From the IMG/VR virus record IMGVR_UViG_3300043567_000723: a stretch of 64,000 nt of DNA; one strand, given 5' to 3'. The notes beneath the pieces are model-generated. The model was not told the origin of the DNA. It did not search any database and worked only from the letters and a program-made list of their open reading frames with translations. Position 1 is the stretch's first letter; every line of letters begins with the position of its first letter. The position numbers and the translations under genes were made by a program. Shown in pieces: positions 32,562 through 41,307 of the stretch. This DNA comes from a virus (lineage: Duplodnaviria > Caudoviricetes).

Positions 32562-34439
32562 TCAATATCCAAAATAACTAGATCCAATTGCGTCATCGGC
32601 CCAATCGTCATCATCAACAGGCGTTTGGGCTCTTACAGTGCGTTCGCTTAACCGCGCAACACCTGCAATCTCTGCAAAGTTGGGCCACGCGTTGTTTACA
32701 TGCCAAAGAGCTGAGCAGCCTAAATTGACAGCCTGCGCAAAGTCGTCTGTCAATAACGTATTGCGCGTAATCGTGTAAATGTCGCCGCCCAATCGCGACT
32801 CTGCTTTCTCTTCCACCAACGCAAGAAAATCTGAAATCAAACCCGGCGAATCTTGCGACGCCCAGTCGTACTGAAAGAACCGGACTTGTTTTAGTTTAAT
32901 AGCCTGACACGTGTACAACAGCGATCTCGTTTTATCGAGGCTGTAGTGCGCGCGATGGTTAATTTCTGTTGGTGGTTTATAGACCATCAAATCCTGCGAT
33001 GCGGAGCGAACAAGCCGCAACGCAAGGACTCGCTCAAGATTAAACCCAGCCTGCACCATGACCGTTTCACGGACCGTGCCGGCGCCAGTGTAATCGTGAG
33101 CGACAAAATCGCAATTAAACAAATTAGACCAGCGCATACACTCAACGGCTTCGGCTAAGTGATCTCCACCAATAAGGAGACGTTTAGCCCAAAGCACATC
33201 GATTGTTCCATCGGGCCGGAATCCCAGCACAGACAGCACGGTAAAACTGACACCTGCTTCTCCGCCACCGCCCCAGTCGATCGCTAAAATGCGGTGTTTG
33301 TAATGCGACAGATTTGTAAAACACTTGGGATCTGGTTCTTTTTTGTTTTCCCAGTCTAGCAGGCATGCAGCTTTCAAATCAGTTTCGCTGATGAGCTTCT
33401 GACCGGTATCAACACTTTCTCCCATAACTTCGTTGTAGAACTGGGCTTGGGTCATATTCCCAAAGCCCTCACGTTTCAACAAAAGCGTAGACCACTTTTC
33501 AGGGTCGGAGAAATGAAGTGGCAGAATCATCTGCGGTACATGATATCCGGAAAACTGCCAGCGGCGTTCGGGATATCTGTGCACCCAGCGACCGTGTCGG
33601 GGGCTTACAGGCTTCCGGCATTTCGCGCATACGGTGCCCGGATACTTCTCGCTGATTTGATCACTGTACGGGCCGATCATTGCGTCTAAATCATATTCAA
33701 GCGCTGGAATGTTCCAGTGCTTACATGAATGACACGGAATGAACCATTCGGCTTGTGATGACCGTTTATACAAACCATAGATTAAGTTATCTAGAGTTTT
33801 TGGTGTACCCGTGTAATAACTAGTTGCCCAGCGCGAGTAAGACATGGTTTCTTGAATGATTGGCACATGATCAGGATCCATGTCTTGAACTTCGTCAATG
33901 CATACGCGGTCTGCAGACACACCGCGAATTCTGTCCGAATCAAGCAACGCGAAACTAAACAACATCATCGAGTTGTTTTTGAAAGAGCGTTGCAACACAG
34001 AGTTCTCTGTTGACGTTCCACTCCACTGCGCTTTCACCGGCGACTGATCTATAAATGGACGCACATAGTTGTTTGAAAACCGCCTAATTTGTTCATACAG
34101 CGGTGTAATAAACAACGTCTTAAAAAACGGTATAGAGTTGGCAACTACAACTCCATGCGCTGCTAGACTGGTCGATTTTGATACCTGCCGACCCGTGCAC
34201 CACACTTGATTTTTAGGGGTGAGTAACCTAAAAAGGGGGGCAAACGGAAAATGGTTCTGGAGACTATATGGCCGCCCATTAAGATTCAGAACCATCGGCA
34301 AAATTGGCTCCAACGACGGAAACGCGTGTTGCTGAGCCAATTCCTTTAATACAACCGCGCGTGCTTGTACAGAAGCCGCGTCTGTTGGGTTGATTGAGAT
34401 TAATTCCTGTATGAGCGCTTGAACGCCGGCGGACGGCAT
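32562..34439 (-). CDS. terL: Terminase large subunit (GpA-like)
   Basis: Walker A GRQVSKST, Walker B VCIDEVQD, coupling GTPKT, WFIPCHSC Zn site, nuclease AIDWGGG and DDFAQA; start may be 34481. Confidence 0.9.
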   Translation of the reverse strand: MPSAGVQALIQELISINPTDAASVQARAVVLKELAQQHAFPSLEPILPMVLNLNGRPYSLQNHFPFAPLFRLLTPKNQVWCTGRQVSKSTSLAAHGVVVANSIPFFKTLFITPLYEQIRRFSNNYVRPFIDQSPVKAQWSGTSTENSVLQRSFKNNSMMLFSFALLDSDRIRGVSADRVCIDEVQDMDPDHVPIIQETMSYSRWATSYYTGTPKTLDNLIYGLYKRSSQAEWFIPCHSCKHWNIPALEYDLDAMIGPYSDQISEKYPGTVCAKCRKPVSPRHGRWVHRYPERRWQFSGYHVPQMILPLHFSDPEKWSTLLLKREGFGNMTQAQFYNEVMGESVDTGQKLISETDLKAACLLDWENKKEPDPKCFTNLSHYKHRILAIDWGGGGEAGVSFTVLSVLGFRPDGTIDVLWAKRLLIGGDHLAEAVECMRWSNLFNCDFVAHDYTGAGTVRETVMVQAGFNLERVLALRLVRSASQDLMVYKPPTEINHRAHYSLDKTRSLLYTCQAIKLKQVRFFQYDWASQDSPGLISDFLALVEEKAESRLGGDIYTITRNTLLTDDFAQAVNLGCSALWHVNNAWPNFAEIAGVARLSERTVRAQTPVDDDDWADDAIGSSYFGY

Positions 34440-34473
34440 CTCAAGCGCACTATTTGCATGATCTGGTTTAACC

Positions 34474-34641
34474 ATGACCAACTATAACAATTCGGGTAGC
34501 GAGTTTGAATTTCAATGGGTAGAGGAAGCCGTAAAATTTACAGGTTATGTGTTCCTTGCCGGCCTCGTTGGCCTATCGCACGCGGCTAGCTCGGCATACG
34601 AGATAGCCCGTGATGCGATCAAAGAAACAACTCGCAAGTAA
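34474..34641 (+). CDS. Small hypothetical membrane protein (55 aa, below ORF-track cutoff)
   Basis: MTNYNNSGSEFEFQWVEEAVKFTGYVFLAGLVGL..., divergent from terL. Confidence 0.45.
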   Translation: MTNYNNSGSEFEFQWVEEAVKFTGYVFLAGLVGLSHAASSAYEIARDAIKETTRK

Positions 34642-34699
34642 ACAGTTCGCGTCGGAGTATACTAAACGGTGACTCTGACGCTTACTCATAGGAGCAGTT

Positions 34700-34924
34700 A
34701 TGGCTACAGTTGGACGATCTGCCAAGCTCTATCAAGAGCGCAAACGCATTTACACAGAAGGTACCTTGCGCGGTCCCGGCCCGCAAATCTACCTTCCCGA
34801 TAACGCCGTAAACCATCTTAAACTTGAGGCGCCGTTGCCGCTACCCAAATTTCAAAATAACCCCAGCGCGCCGGACAACGCACTAACACAGGTGTGGCCC
34901 CACGGCGACAAATACATAACATAA
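34700..34924 (+). CDS. Hypothetical protein
   Basis: SD AGGAG. Confidence 0.6.
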   Translation: MATVGRSAKLYQERKRIYTEGTLRGPGPQIYLPDNAVNHLKLEAPLPLPKFQNNPSAPDNALTQVWPHGDKYIT

Positions 34925-34927
34925 TCA

Positions 34928-35113
34928 ATGGCGCAGCCTGACCCGAATACGACGTTTGCTGGTTACGCTGCTTTGCTGCTAATCGGCGGAATTATTGCAA
35001 TTCCGCAAATTGGCGCAGCCGGCTTGATTGCGGCTAGTGCAGCAATCTATAGTGGCGCATGCTTCATGCGAGGCTATAACGAACAACCGGTTAAACGAAG
35101 AAAGAAAAAATGA
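34928..35113 (+). CDS. Small membrane protein
   Basis: Two hydrophobic segments, basic tail. Confidence 0.65.
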   Translation: MAQPDPNTTFAGYAALLLIGGIIAIPQIGAAGLIAASAAIYSGACFMRGYNEQPVKRRKKK

Positions 35114-35454
35114 TCTCGGTATTGGATTTTCTTGCGGTCACGCTTGCTTCTGGCGCGGTAATAGACGTCTGGCACAAGGGCTCTATTTTCGAAACGCCGC
35201 GCGCATATGCGCAAGCTATGCAAGACATAACCCCACGAGAAACAATAAAGGGACGGCTGCTTGAGCTAATCAATTGCCCTTTTTGCAAATCGTACCATAT
35301 TCCCTTCTATCTGTTTTTAGCGCTCTTGGCAGGAAATTGGTTTGGGGGTATTGTGGGTTTTTGCGTGACGTTAGTGATCTACAGCTGGGCCGCGACCCGG
35401 CTCGGCAATATCGTCAACGGCATGCTACCGACAGACGCCCGCTACGACCAATAA
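35110..35454 (+). CDS. DUF1360-like membrane protein
   Basis: ELINCPFC motif between hydrophobic helices. Confidence 0.6.
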   Translation: MISVLDFLAVTLASGAVIDVWHKGSIFETPRAYAQAMQDITPRETIKGRLLELINCPFCKSYHIPFYLFLALLAGNWFGGIVGFCVTLVIYSWAATRLGNIVNGMLPTDARYDQ

Positions 35455-35472
35455 CACGTAAGGATTGACTAG

Positions 35473-35871
35473 ATGGCTTCAGAACAAATTCAAACGCAAG
35501 CTGAAATTAGTGTAGAGCGCCTTCCGTTTGATGCAGAGTTTTTTAAACGTAGCGAAGAATTTTGCAACGACGTATTGGCCGCGGTTCCTGAACTTTCTGG
35601 TATTGCATTAGTCCCGCTTTGGCAAAATCAACCAGAAAAAATGCCCGCAGGTCTTCTCAGGCTCCGAAACTCGCAACCGCCGTTTTTGGCTAGTTTGCTG
35701 GGTTTGCTCGGCCGACTCACTAGTTTTGGCGTAGACGTTCATAAGGATCTGATTGGTCAACTCAAGATGTACGACCAATATGCCGCAGAACTTGCAGAAC
35801 GCATTAAATCGCAAACTGACGAACTAAACAAACTCGCAGAGTCGGCAAATACAACAACTAATGAACAATGA
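35473..35871 (+). CDS. Hypothetical protein
   Basis: SD AAGGA; C-terminal coiled coil. Confidence 0.7.
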   Translation: MASEQIQTQAEISVERLPFDAEFFKRSEEFCNDVLAAVPELSGIALVPLWQNQPEKMPAGLLRLRNSQPPFLASLLGLLGRLTSFGVDVHKDLIGQLKMYDQYAAELAERIKSQTDELNKLAESANTTTNEQ

Positions 35872-36175
35872 TTTATCGGCAAACATTCCAGTAGATACAA
35901 CAAGACAAACGCTTATCAACGTTTTACGCGAACAATTTGCAACACGCGACGCAGAAGAATTGCGCAAATTGTTAGAGACGCAGTACGGCGAGCAGATGTG
36001 GGACAGCGAGCAGCTTCTTAACGAATTTGAAGTTTCGCATTTCGACCCGCCGTACGTTCACGTCATTAGAAAAGTAGACGGCGTTGCTGGTACCGTCGCA
36101 TTTAACGAAGAACCACGATTCTATTTCTCATTCAAACCAATAAAGGCCGAAAACCATGTCAGAGGGTCGACATGA
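35861..36175 (+). CDS. Conserved phage hypothetical protein
   Basis: FEV..F..PYV.V.RK.DG..GT..F...PRFYF pattern. Confidence 0.65.
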   Translation: MNNDLSANIPVDTTRQTLINVLREQFATRDAEELRKLLETQYGEQMWDSEQLLNEFEVSHFDPPYVHVIRKVDGVAGTVAFNEEPRFYFSFKPIKAENHVRGST

Positions 36176-36518
36176 GTACGATACCGGCGCTGTTCGTAGC
36201 GATGATTGCGATCAGGTACGTTACGATTTGATTTCTCCCATTGGTTTGCGCGCGTTAGCCAGAACGTACGACGAGGGCGCAAAAAAGTTTGGGCCGTACA
36301 ACTGGGAAAACGGTATGCCGGTTGCGGATCTACTGAATCACGCAATTGCGCATATCTTCAGTTTCTTGAACGGCGATCGCACAGAGGAACATTTGGCGCA
36401 CGCCACATGGAATCTAATCGGCGCTGTCCACTCATACGAAAAGTGGCCAGAACTAAACGCCGGTATGCTGCGCGACGCAAAAGGCGATGTTCCGCCCGCC
36501 TATAAAACAAGCAAGTAA
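36156..36518 (+). CDS. dATP/dGTP diphosphohydrolase-like (DUF5664)
   Basis: RYDLI..L..LA..Y..GA.K.G..NW..G....HA..H......EEHLAHA.WN. Confidence 0.85.
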   Translation: MSEGRHEYDTGAVRSDDCDQVRYDLISPIGLRALARTYDEGAKKFGPYNWENGMPVADLLNHAIAHIFSFLNGDRTEEHLAHATWNLIGAVHSYEKWPELNAGMLRDAKGDVPPAYKTSK

Positions 36519-36621
36519 CCGGCATATTTTGTCGGGGGTTGCTTTTGATTTTGGGCGGTGTATTTTTCATTTAGCCGCGCGAACTGATTTGTTTCGGTCG
36601 CGGCATTACTAGGAGGAAGTT

Positions 36622-37503
36622 ATGGCTAAAGCTGATGACTTTATCAGCCCTGCGAATTTGTGGGGTAAACCGCTCCCCGGTTCCATGAGCAAATCCGCAG
36701 CCACGGAAACTACAAAGAAAAAGGCGACAGGGATGAGAGCCGAAGACGAAGATTACGAAGACGACGACGAGACCGCACAAGAAGTTGACGACGCTGAAGA
36801 AGACGTTGACGTAGAACTTGAAGACGCTACACCCGTAGCAGAACTCGACGAAGTGGATGACGAAGAAGCCTATGTCGAGGCCGAGGTAACGGAAGAAGAG
36901 GAAGAAGACGACGACGAGACGGAATATGCGCCCGAAGAGGGCGATGAAGACGATGTAGAAATTGCGGCAGAAAACGAGGAGGAAGTCGACGCCACTGTGG
37001 ACGCCGACGAAGAAGAAGTTTCCGAAGAAGCAACTGCGCCGGTTAATTCCGGCACTACAAAGAAGAAGGTGCGAGATATGGCTACTAAGCTGAGCGGTGC
37101 TGATCACATTCGTAATGAAATTGCGAAGCGGCAGGAAACTGGCGCATCGCTTCGCGGCGTTGATATCGTGGCCGCACTGGCCAAGAAGAACATCACGGTA
37201 AGTCCGGCACAGGTGAGCCAGTTGCTGAAGAAGTCTGGCGCGCCGGCCAAGAAGCCCGCGGCTGCAAAGCCGGAGGGTAAGAGTTTTGTAGCAGCGCGCG
37301 TTGGTAGGAAGACGGCTGAAGTTGAGCAGCCGCGGAAGGCGAACCGCACGCCCGCTCCGGCCGCTCCCGCGCGGTCGACAAATCTGCCGATGACGCAGAT
37401 CAAGGCCGCAGGTGCGTTTCTGGAAGCCTGCGACGGTTGCTACGACACAGCGCGCGATATCCTCAGCGCGCACAAGCAGCTCGCCACAGAATTCGGCGGC
37501 TGA
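36622..37503 (+). CDS. Bipartite protein: acidic N-terminal half plus basic Planctomycete-type nucleoid-like domain
   Basis: GGAGG SD; E/D-rich aa 35-140; IVAALAKKNITVSPAQVSQLLKK. Confidence 0.75.
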   Translation: MAKADDFISPANLWGKPLPGSMSKSAATETTKKKATGMRAEDEDYEDDDETAQEVDDAEEDVDVELEDATPVAELDEVDDEEAYVEAEVTEEEEEDDDETEYAPEEGDEDDVEIAAENEEEVDATVDADEEEVSEEATAPVNSGTTKKKVRDMATKLSGADHIRNEIAKRQETGASLRGVDIVAALAKKNITVSPAQVSQLLKKSGAPAKKPAAAKPEGKSFVAARVGRKTAEVEQPRKANRTPAPAAPARSTNLPMTQIKAAGAFLEACDGCYDTARDILSAHKQLATEFGG

Positions 37504-37516
37504 GCCGTTTTCGGCG

Positions 37517-37600
37517 ATCTACCCGCGCGGCGTTAGTCAGGGAGGGCTAACGCCGTAGCGGGGTAGATAATCTCTTCGTATCCGCTACGCTAGCGGATAC
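37517..37600. promoter_or_regulatory. Two tandem intergenic hairpins
   Basis: ATCTACCC..CGGCGTTAG/CTAACGCCG..GGGTAGAT; GTATCCGCTA/TAGCGGATAC. Confidence 0.65.
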
Positions 37601-37617
37601 CCACCACGGAGCACGAT

Positions 37618-37911
37618 ATGGCTACGGCCAACGTATGCCCGTTGCCAACGGTTAGGCTCCAGCGAGCTTTCGTTATGCCAGCGGGCACAATTAAACGGGT
37701 TCACGTCAACCAACACATCGTCAGAGCCAACAAAAAAACCGGAGCGCAAGATTCGGTCATTACAGTGCAATGGCGAAATAAATCATACACGGCCAAACGT
37801 TTAAAAATTCTTGGCGAGTCAACCGCAATTTACTCACCAGAGAAGCCGTTGAAATGCGGAGCACACGTGTGGATTGAAACCACAGCACCAATCGAGATTG
37901 ATAACCGATGA
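37618..37911 (+). CDS. Conserved phage hypothetical protein
   Basis: RVHVNQH..R.N.K..VITV...YSP.KPL.CGA.VWIET. Confidence 0.75.
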   Translation: MATANVCPLPTVRLQRAFVMPAGTIKRVHVNQHIVRANKKTGAQDSVITVQWRNKSYTAKRLKILGESTAIYSPEKPLKCGAHVWIETTAPIEIDNR

Positions 37912-38228
37912 GTGCTTACGACGACCCAAAAGAAATAGCAGCTGATCGCGAACGTATATTGACCGCGCTAGATGCATTAAACAATTTACGCGAACGTTAT
38001 AAAGACGTTATTGCAATTCCCGAGGTCGTCGCATTGCACGACATAACGGAATACCACTTAGACACGCCGCGCGGTCCAAAACAGTTTAAAAAAATCTACA
38101 ACAGAGCAGCAGCCGTTGCTGTGCTTGAATATTTTGCGGGCACTGATTACATATCGCCCGAGCTATTTGAAAGCACAATCATGTGCGCACTACAAGATTA
38201 CCCACAAAGAAAGGTTAACAAAGGCTGA
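37908..38228 (+). CDS. Hypothetical protein
   Basis: ATGA overlap. Confidence 0.7.
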   Translation: MSAYDDPKEIAADRERILTALDALNNLRERYKDVIAIPEVVALHDITEYHLDTPRGPKQFKKIYNRAAAVAVLEYFAGTDYISPELFESTIMCALQDYPQRKVNKG

Positions 38229-38231
38229 CCC

Positions 38232-38594
38232 ATGAGTCACATTGTTCAGATCAAGACGGAAGTAAAGGACGGCGCCGCGGTGCAGGCGGCTTGCCGTCGA
38301 CTGGGGCTGAAGGAGCCGACCAGCGGTAAGTTTCGCGTGTTCTCGGTGGAGCGCGAAGGTCTCGGCGTTATGCTGCCCGGCTGGCAGTACCCGGTTGTTT
38401 GCAACCTGACGTCCGGCGCCGTGGATTTTGATAACTATAACGGTTCGTGGGGCAAGCAGGAGGAGCTGGACAAGTTCCTGCAGGCTTACGCCGTTGAGAA
38501 GGCCACCTTTGAAGCCCAGAAGGGCGGCTACTCGGTGTACGAAGAAGTTCTGGCTGACGGTTCGATCAAGCTCAACCTGACCGGAGGATTCTAA
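38232..38594 (+). CDS. DUF1257 (Ycf35-like) protein
   Basis: MSHI..IKTE.KD..A...AC.RLG..DNYNG.WG..L..FLQ.YA.E....EA...GY.V.E...DGSI.L. Confidence 0.85.
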   Translation: MSHIVQIKTEVKDGAAVQAACRRLGLKEPTSGKFRVFSVEREGLGVMLPGWQYPVVCNLTSGAVDFDNYNGSWGKQEELDKFLQAYAVEKATFEAQKGGYSVYEEVLADGSIKLNLTGGF

Positions 38595-38596
38595 TT

Positions 38597-38788
38597 ATGA
38601 CGAAGACTATCGAAATCACGATCACGCCCAAGGGCGAAACCAAGATCTCAACCAGCGGGTTTAGCGGTAGTTCGTGTCAGGACGCCACGCGCGAACTCGA
38701 AAAGGCGCTAGGCGCGCAGATTGATGAGCAGCTGACCGGCGAGTATTACGCCGCCGCAAACGAGCAGCAGATCGAAACGCAGAACTAA
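38597..38788 (+). CDS. DUF2997 protein
   Basis: IEITI.P.GE.KI...GF.G.SC..AT..LE.ALG......T.EYY. Confidence 0.85.
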   Translation: MTKTIEITITPKGETKISTSGFSGSSCQDATRELEKALGAQIDEQLTGEYYAAANEQQIETQN

Positions 38789-38801
38789 CCAAAGGGAACA
38801 C

Positions 38802-40286
38802 ATGTCGCTCGACAAAGAGATCAAAGAACTTGTGTGCGCTGGTTTCAGCGGTATCTGGATCGAATCGCAGGAGTGCGACGATGCAATTGCGACGGTGAAG
38901 GCCGCCGCCGAATCGAAAGATTGGGGTTTTGATATCTGGGACATTGATCGAAAGCTGTATTCCGGCACGTTCTCGGCGCCCGGCCCGCTGCAGGCGCTAC
39001 AGTTTCTTGATCAGCCAAAAATGAAGCCGACCTCGTTGCTGGTCCTAAAGAACTTTCACCGGTTCTTGGGCAACCCGGAGGTTCTGCAGGCGCTGGCCAA
39101 CCACGTCGTTAAGGGCAAGGGCGAGGGCCAGCACATTATCATTGTGGCCCCGGTGCTGCAGCTGCAGCCCGAGGTAGAGAAGCTGTTTACGGTTGTGCAC
39201 CACGAACTCCCTGACACGGAGCAGCTGAAGTCGGTGTGCAACGCGTTGTTTGAAGAAGAGTCGGCGTTCGCGAAGCCGACTGAGGAAGAAGTCGCGGCGG
39301 TTGTTGACGCGTCTCGTGGCCTAACGCGGCTGGAGGCGGAGAACGCCTACGCGCTGTCGTTGGTGCATAACAACAAGTTAGTGCCGGATACGATCTGGGG
39401 TATCAAGGCCCAGACGCTTGAAAAGAGCGGCACGATGACGCTATATCGCGGCGACGCTAACTTTGAAAACCTTGGCGGCCTTGAAAACCTCAAGTCGTTC
39501 TGTCTACGCGCCATGCGGCGACAGGGCGAAACAAACGTGGACAAGCGCCCCAAGGGTGTACTTTTGCTGTCGCCTCCGGGCTGCGGCAAGTCGCAGTTTG
39601 CCAAGGCGTTGGGCAATGAAGTCGGTCGGCCGACTGTCATGCTAGACTTCGGTAGCTTGATGGGTAAGTTCGTGGGCGAGTCCGAGGGCAACATGCGTCG
39701 GGCGCTCAAGCAGGTTGACGCGATGGCGCCGTGCGTGCTGTTCGTCGACGAGATCGAGAAGGGTTTGGCTGGCGTCGGTAGCTCCGGCCAGACTGACTCT
39801 GGCGTATCTGCTCGCCTGTTCGGTACGTTGCTGACGTGGCTCAATGACCACACCAGCGACGTGTTCTTCATCGGCACCTGTAATGACGCCAGCCAGCTGC
39901 CGGCGCCGTTCGCGCGTGCTGAGCGTTTCGACGGTGTGTTCTTTGTGGATCTGCCGTGCGCCGAGCAGCGCGCGGCAATCTGGAATATCTACATGACGCA
40001 GTTTGGTATCGAAGAAGCGCAGGATAAGCCTGACGACACCAACTGGACTGGCGCCGAGATCAAGTCCTGCTGCCGACTGGCGGCGTTGCTTGAGATCCCG
40101 CTTGTAGAAGCTGCTTTGAATGTTGTGCCCGTGTCTGTAACGTCAGCCGAGCCAATTGAGAAGCTTCGCCAGTGGGCAGAAGGTCGGTGCCTCTCGGCTG
40201 ATAGTCGCGGGATCTACAGTCGCGTGGGAAAGGCCGCGGCAACGGCTAGCGGCCGGCGCCGTGTGGCGTCGCCGTCGAAAAATTAA
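38802..40286 (+). CDS. Ycf46-type AAA+ ATPase (degenerate N-terminal AAA + active C-terminal AAA)
   Basis: Walker A SPPGCGKS, Walker B VLFVDEIEK, sensor GTCN, Arg finger RAERFD. Confidence 0.92.
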   Translation: MSLDKEIKELVCAGFSGIWIESQECDDAIATVKAAAESKDWGFDIWDIDRKLYSGTFSAPGPLQALQFLDQPKMKPTSLLVLKNFHRFLGNPEVLQALANHVVKGKGEGQHIIIVAPVLQLQPEVEKLFTVVHHELPDTEQLKSVCNALFEEESAFAKPTEEEVAAVVDASRGLTRLEAENAYALSLVHNNKLVPDTIWGIKAQTLEKSGTMTLYRGDANFENLGGLENLKSFCLRAMRRQGETNVDKRPKGVLLLSPPGCGKSQFAKALGNEVGRPTVMLDFGSLMGKFVGESEGNMRRALKQVDAMAPCVLFVDEIEKGLAGVGSSGQTDSGVSARLFGTLLTWLNDHTSDVFFIGTCNDASQLPAPFARAERFDGVFFVDLPCAEQRAAIWNIYMTQFGIEEAQDKPDDTNWTGAEIKSCCRLAALLEIPLVEAALNVVPVSVTSAEPIEKLRQWAEGRCLSADSRGIYSRVGKAAATASGRRRVASPSKN

Positions 40287-40292
40287 GTTATG

Positions 40293-40339
40293 GCAACACT
40301 GCGGCTGCGGGGTGTAAAAACCCCGCAGCTGTGGGTTGC
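40293..40339 (+). other. Intra-operon hairpin without U tract
   Basis: GCGGCTGCGGGGT-GTAAAA-ACCCCGCAGCTGT, extended by GCAAC/GTTGC. Confidence 0.65.
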
Positions 40340-40360
40340 TGAAAAACACAAAGGTAAAAA

Positions 40361-41305
40361 ATGTCTACAGTAGAAATGTCGGATACAGAAAACCAGTCGG
40401 TTGCGCAGACGGCCAACGAACTGCGTCAGACAATGGGCGCGGTTAAGTTATCATTCTCGTGGCTTGGAACGCAGCGAAAGCTTTCTGACGCGCAGACAAA
40501 GCAGGCTGCAGATACTTTTGACGCGGCTACAGATCTTGTTACCGCGTCCAAGCGCTTGATCGATACCAAGCATCCGGCGTATCGCGCTGCCACAGCCATC
40601 AAGAGTCAGGCGTCTGCTTTCTGGCGCGGTATTACGTTGCCGTATCCGCAAGAGGGTACGCGGCTAATCAAGCAAGACGACATTGCGCGTTTTGAAGAAA
40701 CGATGAGCGGCTACAAGGAACAGCTCGCAGCGGCTGTTTCCAACCTGCAGCTTGAATACGAGACGATCAAAAATGCTGCCCGCGAAAAGCTTGGTAGCCT
40801 GTATAACGCGAATGACTACCCGGCAACGCTAGAAGGCGTTTTTGATATCTCTTGGGAATATCCGCCGGTCGAGCCGCCGCGATATCTTGTAGCCTTGAAT
40901 CCCGGTGTATATCAGGCCGAGCAGGGTCGCGTACAGCAGCGTTTTGAGACGGCGGTCGCCATGGCCGAAAACGCGTTTGCGGAAACACTGCAAGAGTTGG
41001 TCAGCCACCTTATTGAGCGGCTAACCGACGAACCTGACGGCACAAAGAAAACATTCCGTGCCAGTGCTGTCGAAAACTTCAAAGAGTTTTACGACAATTT
41101 TCGCCGCATGAATGTGCGCTCAAACGCGCAGCTTGAGCAGCTGATTGAAAACGCAAACGCGCTTGTCGCTGGAGTCGACCCCAAGGAGTTGCGCAAAAAC
41201 GAACAGCTGCAAACCCAGCTGCGCACACAGATGGGCGACCTAAAGAATTCGCTGGATAATTTGATCACCAATGCGCCTCGTCGGCGTGTTATGCCGATGG
41301 AGTAA
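40361..41305 (+). CDS. DUF3150-like helical protein
   Basis: Helical 314-aa protein after the AAA gene; SKRLID..HP.Y, LPYP..G.RLI. Confidence 0.6.
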   Translation: MSTVEMSDTENQSVAQTANELRQTMGAVKLSFSWLGTQRKLSDAQTKQAADTFDAATDLVTASKRLIDTKHPAYRAATAIKSQASAFWRGITLPYPQEGTRLIKQDDIARFEETMSGYKEQLAAAVSNLQLEYETIKNAAREKLGSLYNANDYPATLEGVFDISWEYPPVEPPRYLVALNPGVYQAEQGRVQQRFETAVAMAENAFAETLQELVSHLIERLTDEPDGTKKTFRASAVENFKEFYDNFRRMNVRSNAQLEQLIENANALVAGVDPKELRKNEQLQTQLRTQMGDLKNSLDNLITNAPRRRVMPME

Positions 41306-41307
41306 GT

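Noticed and set aside
36156-36518. Evidence for a Z (2-aminoadenine) genome
   Set aside because: DUF5664 alone is insufficient; no PurZ or DatZ seen in the window.
36571-37473. 300-aa minus-strand ORF
   Set aside because: Fully antisense to the well-supported 36622-37503 gene; Phe/Val-rich shadow composition.
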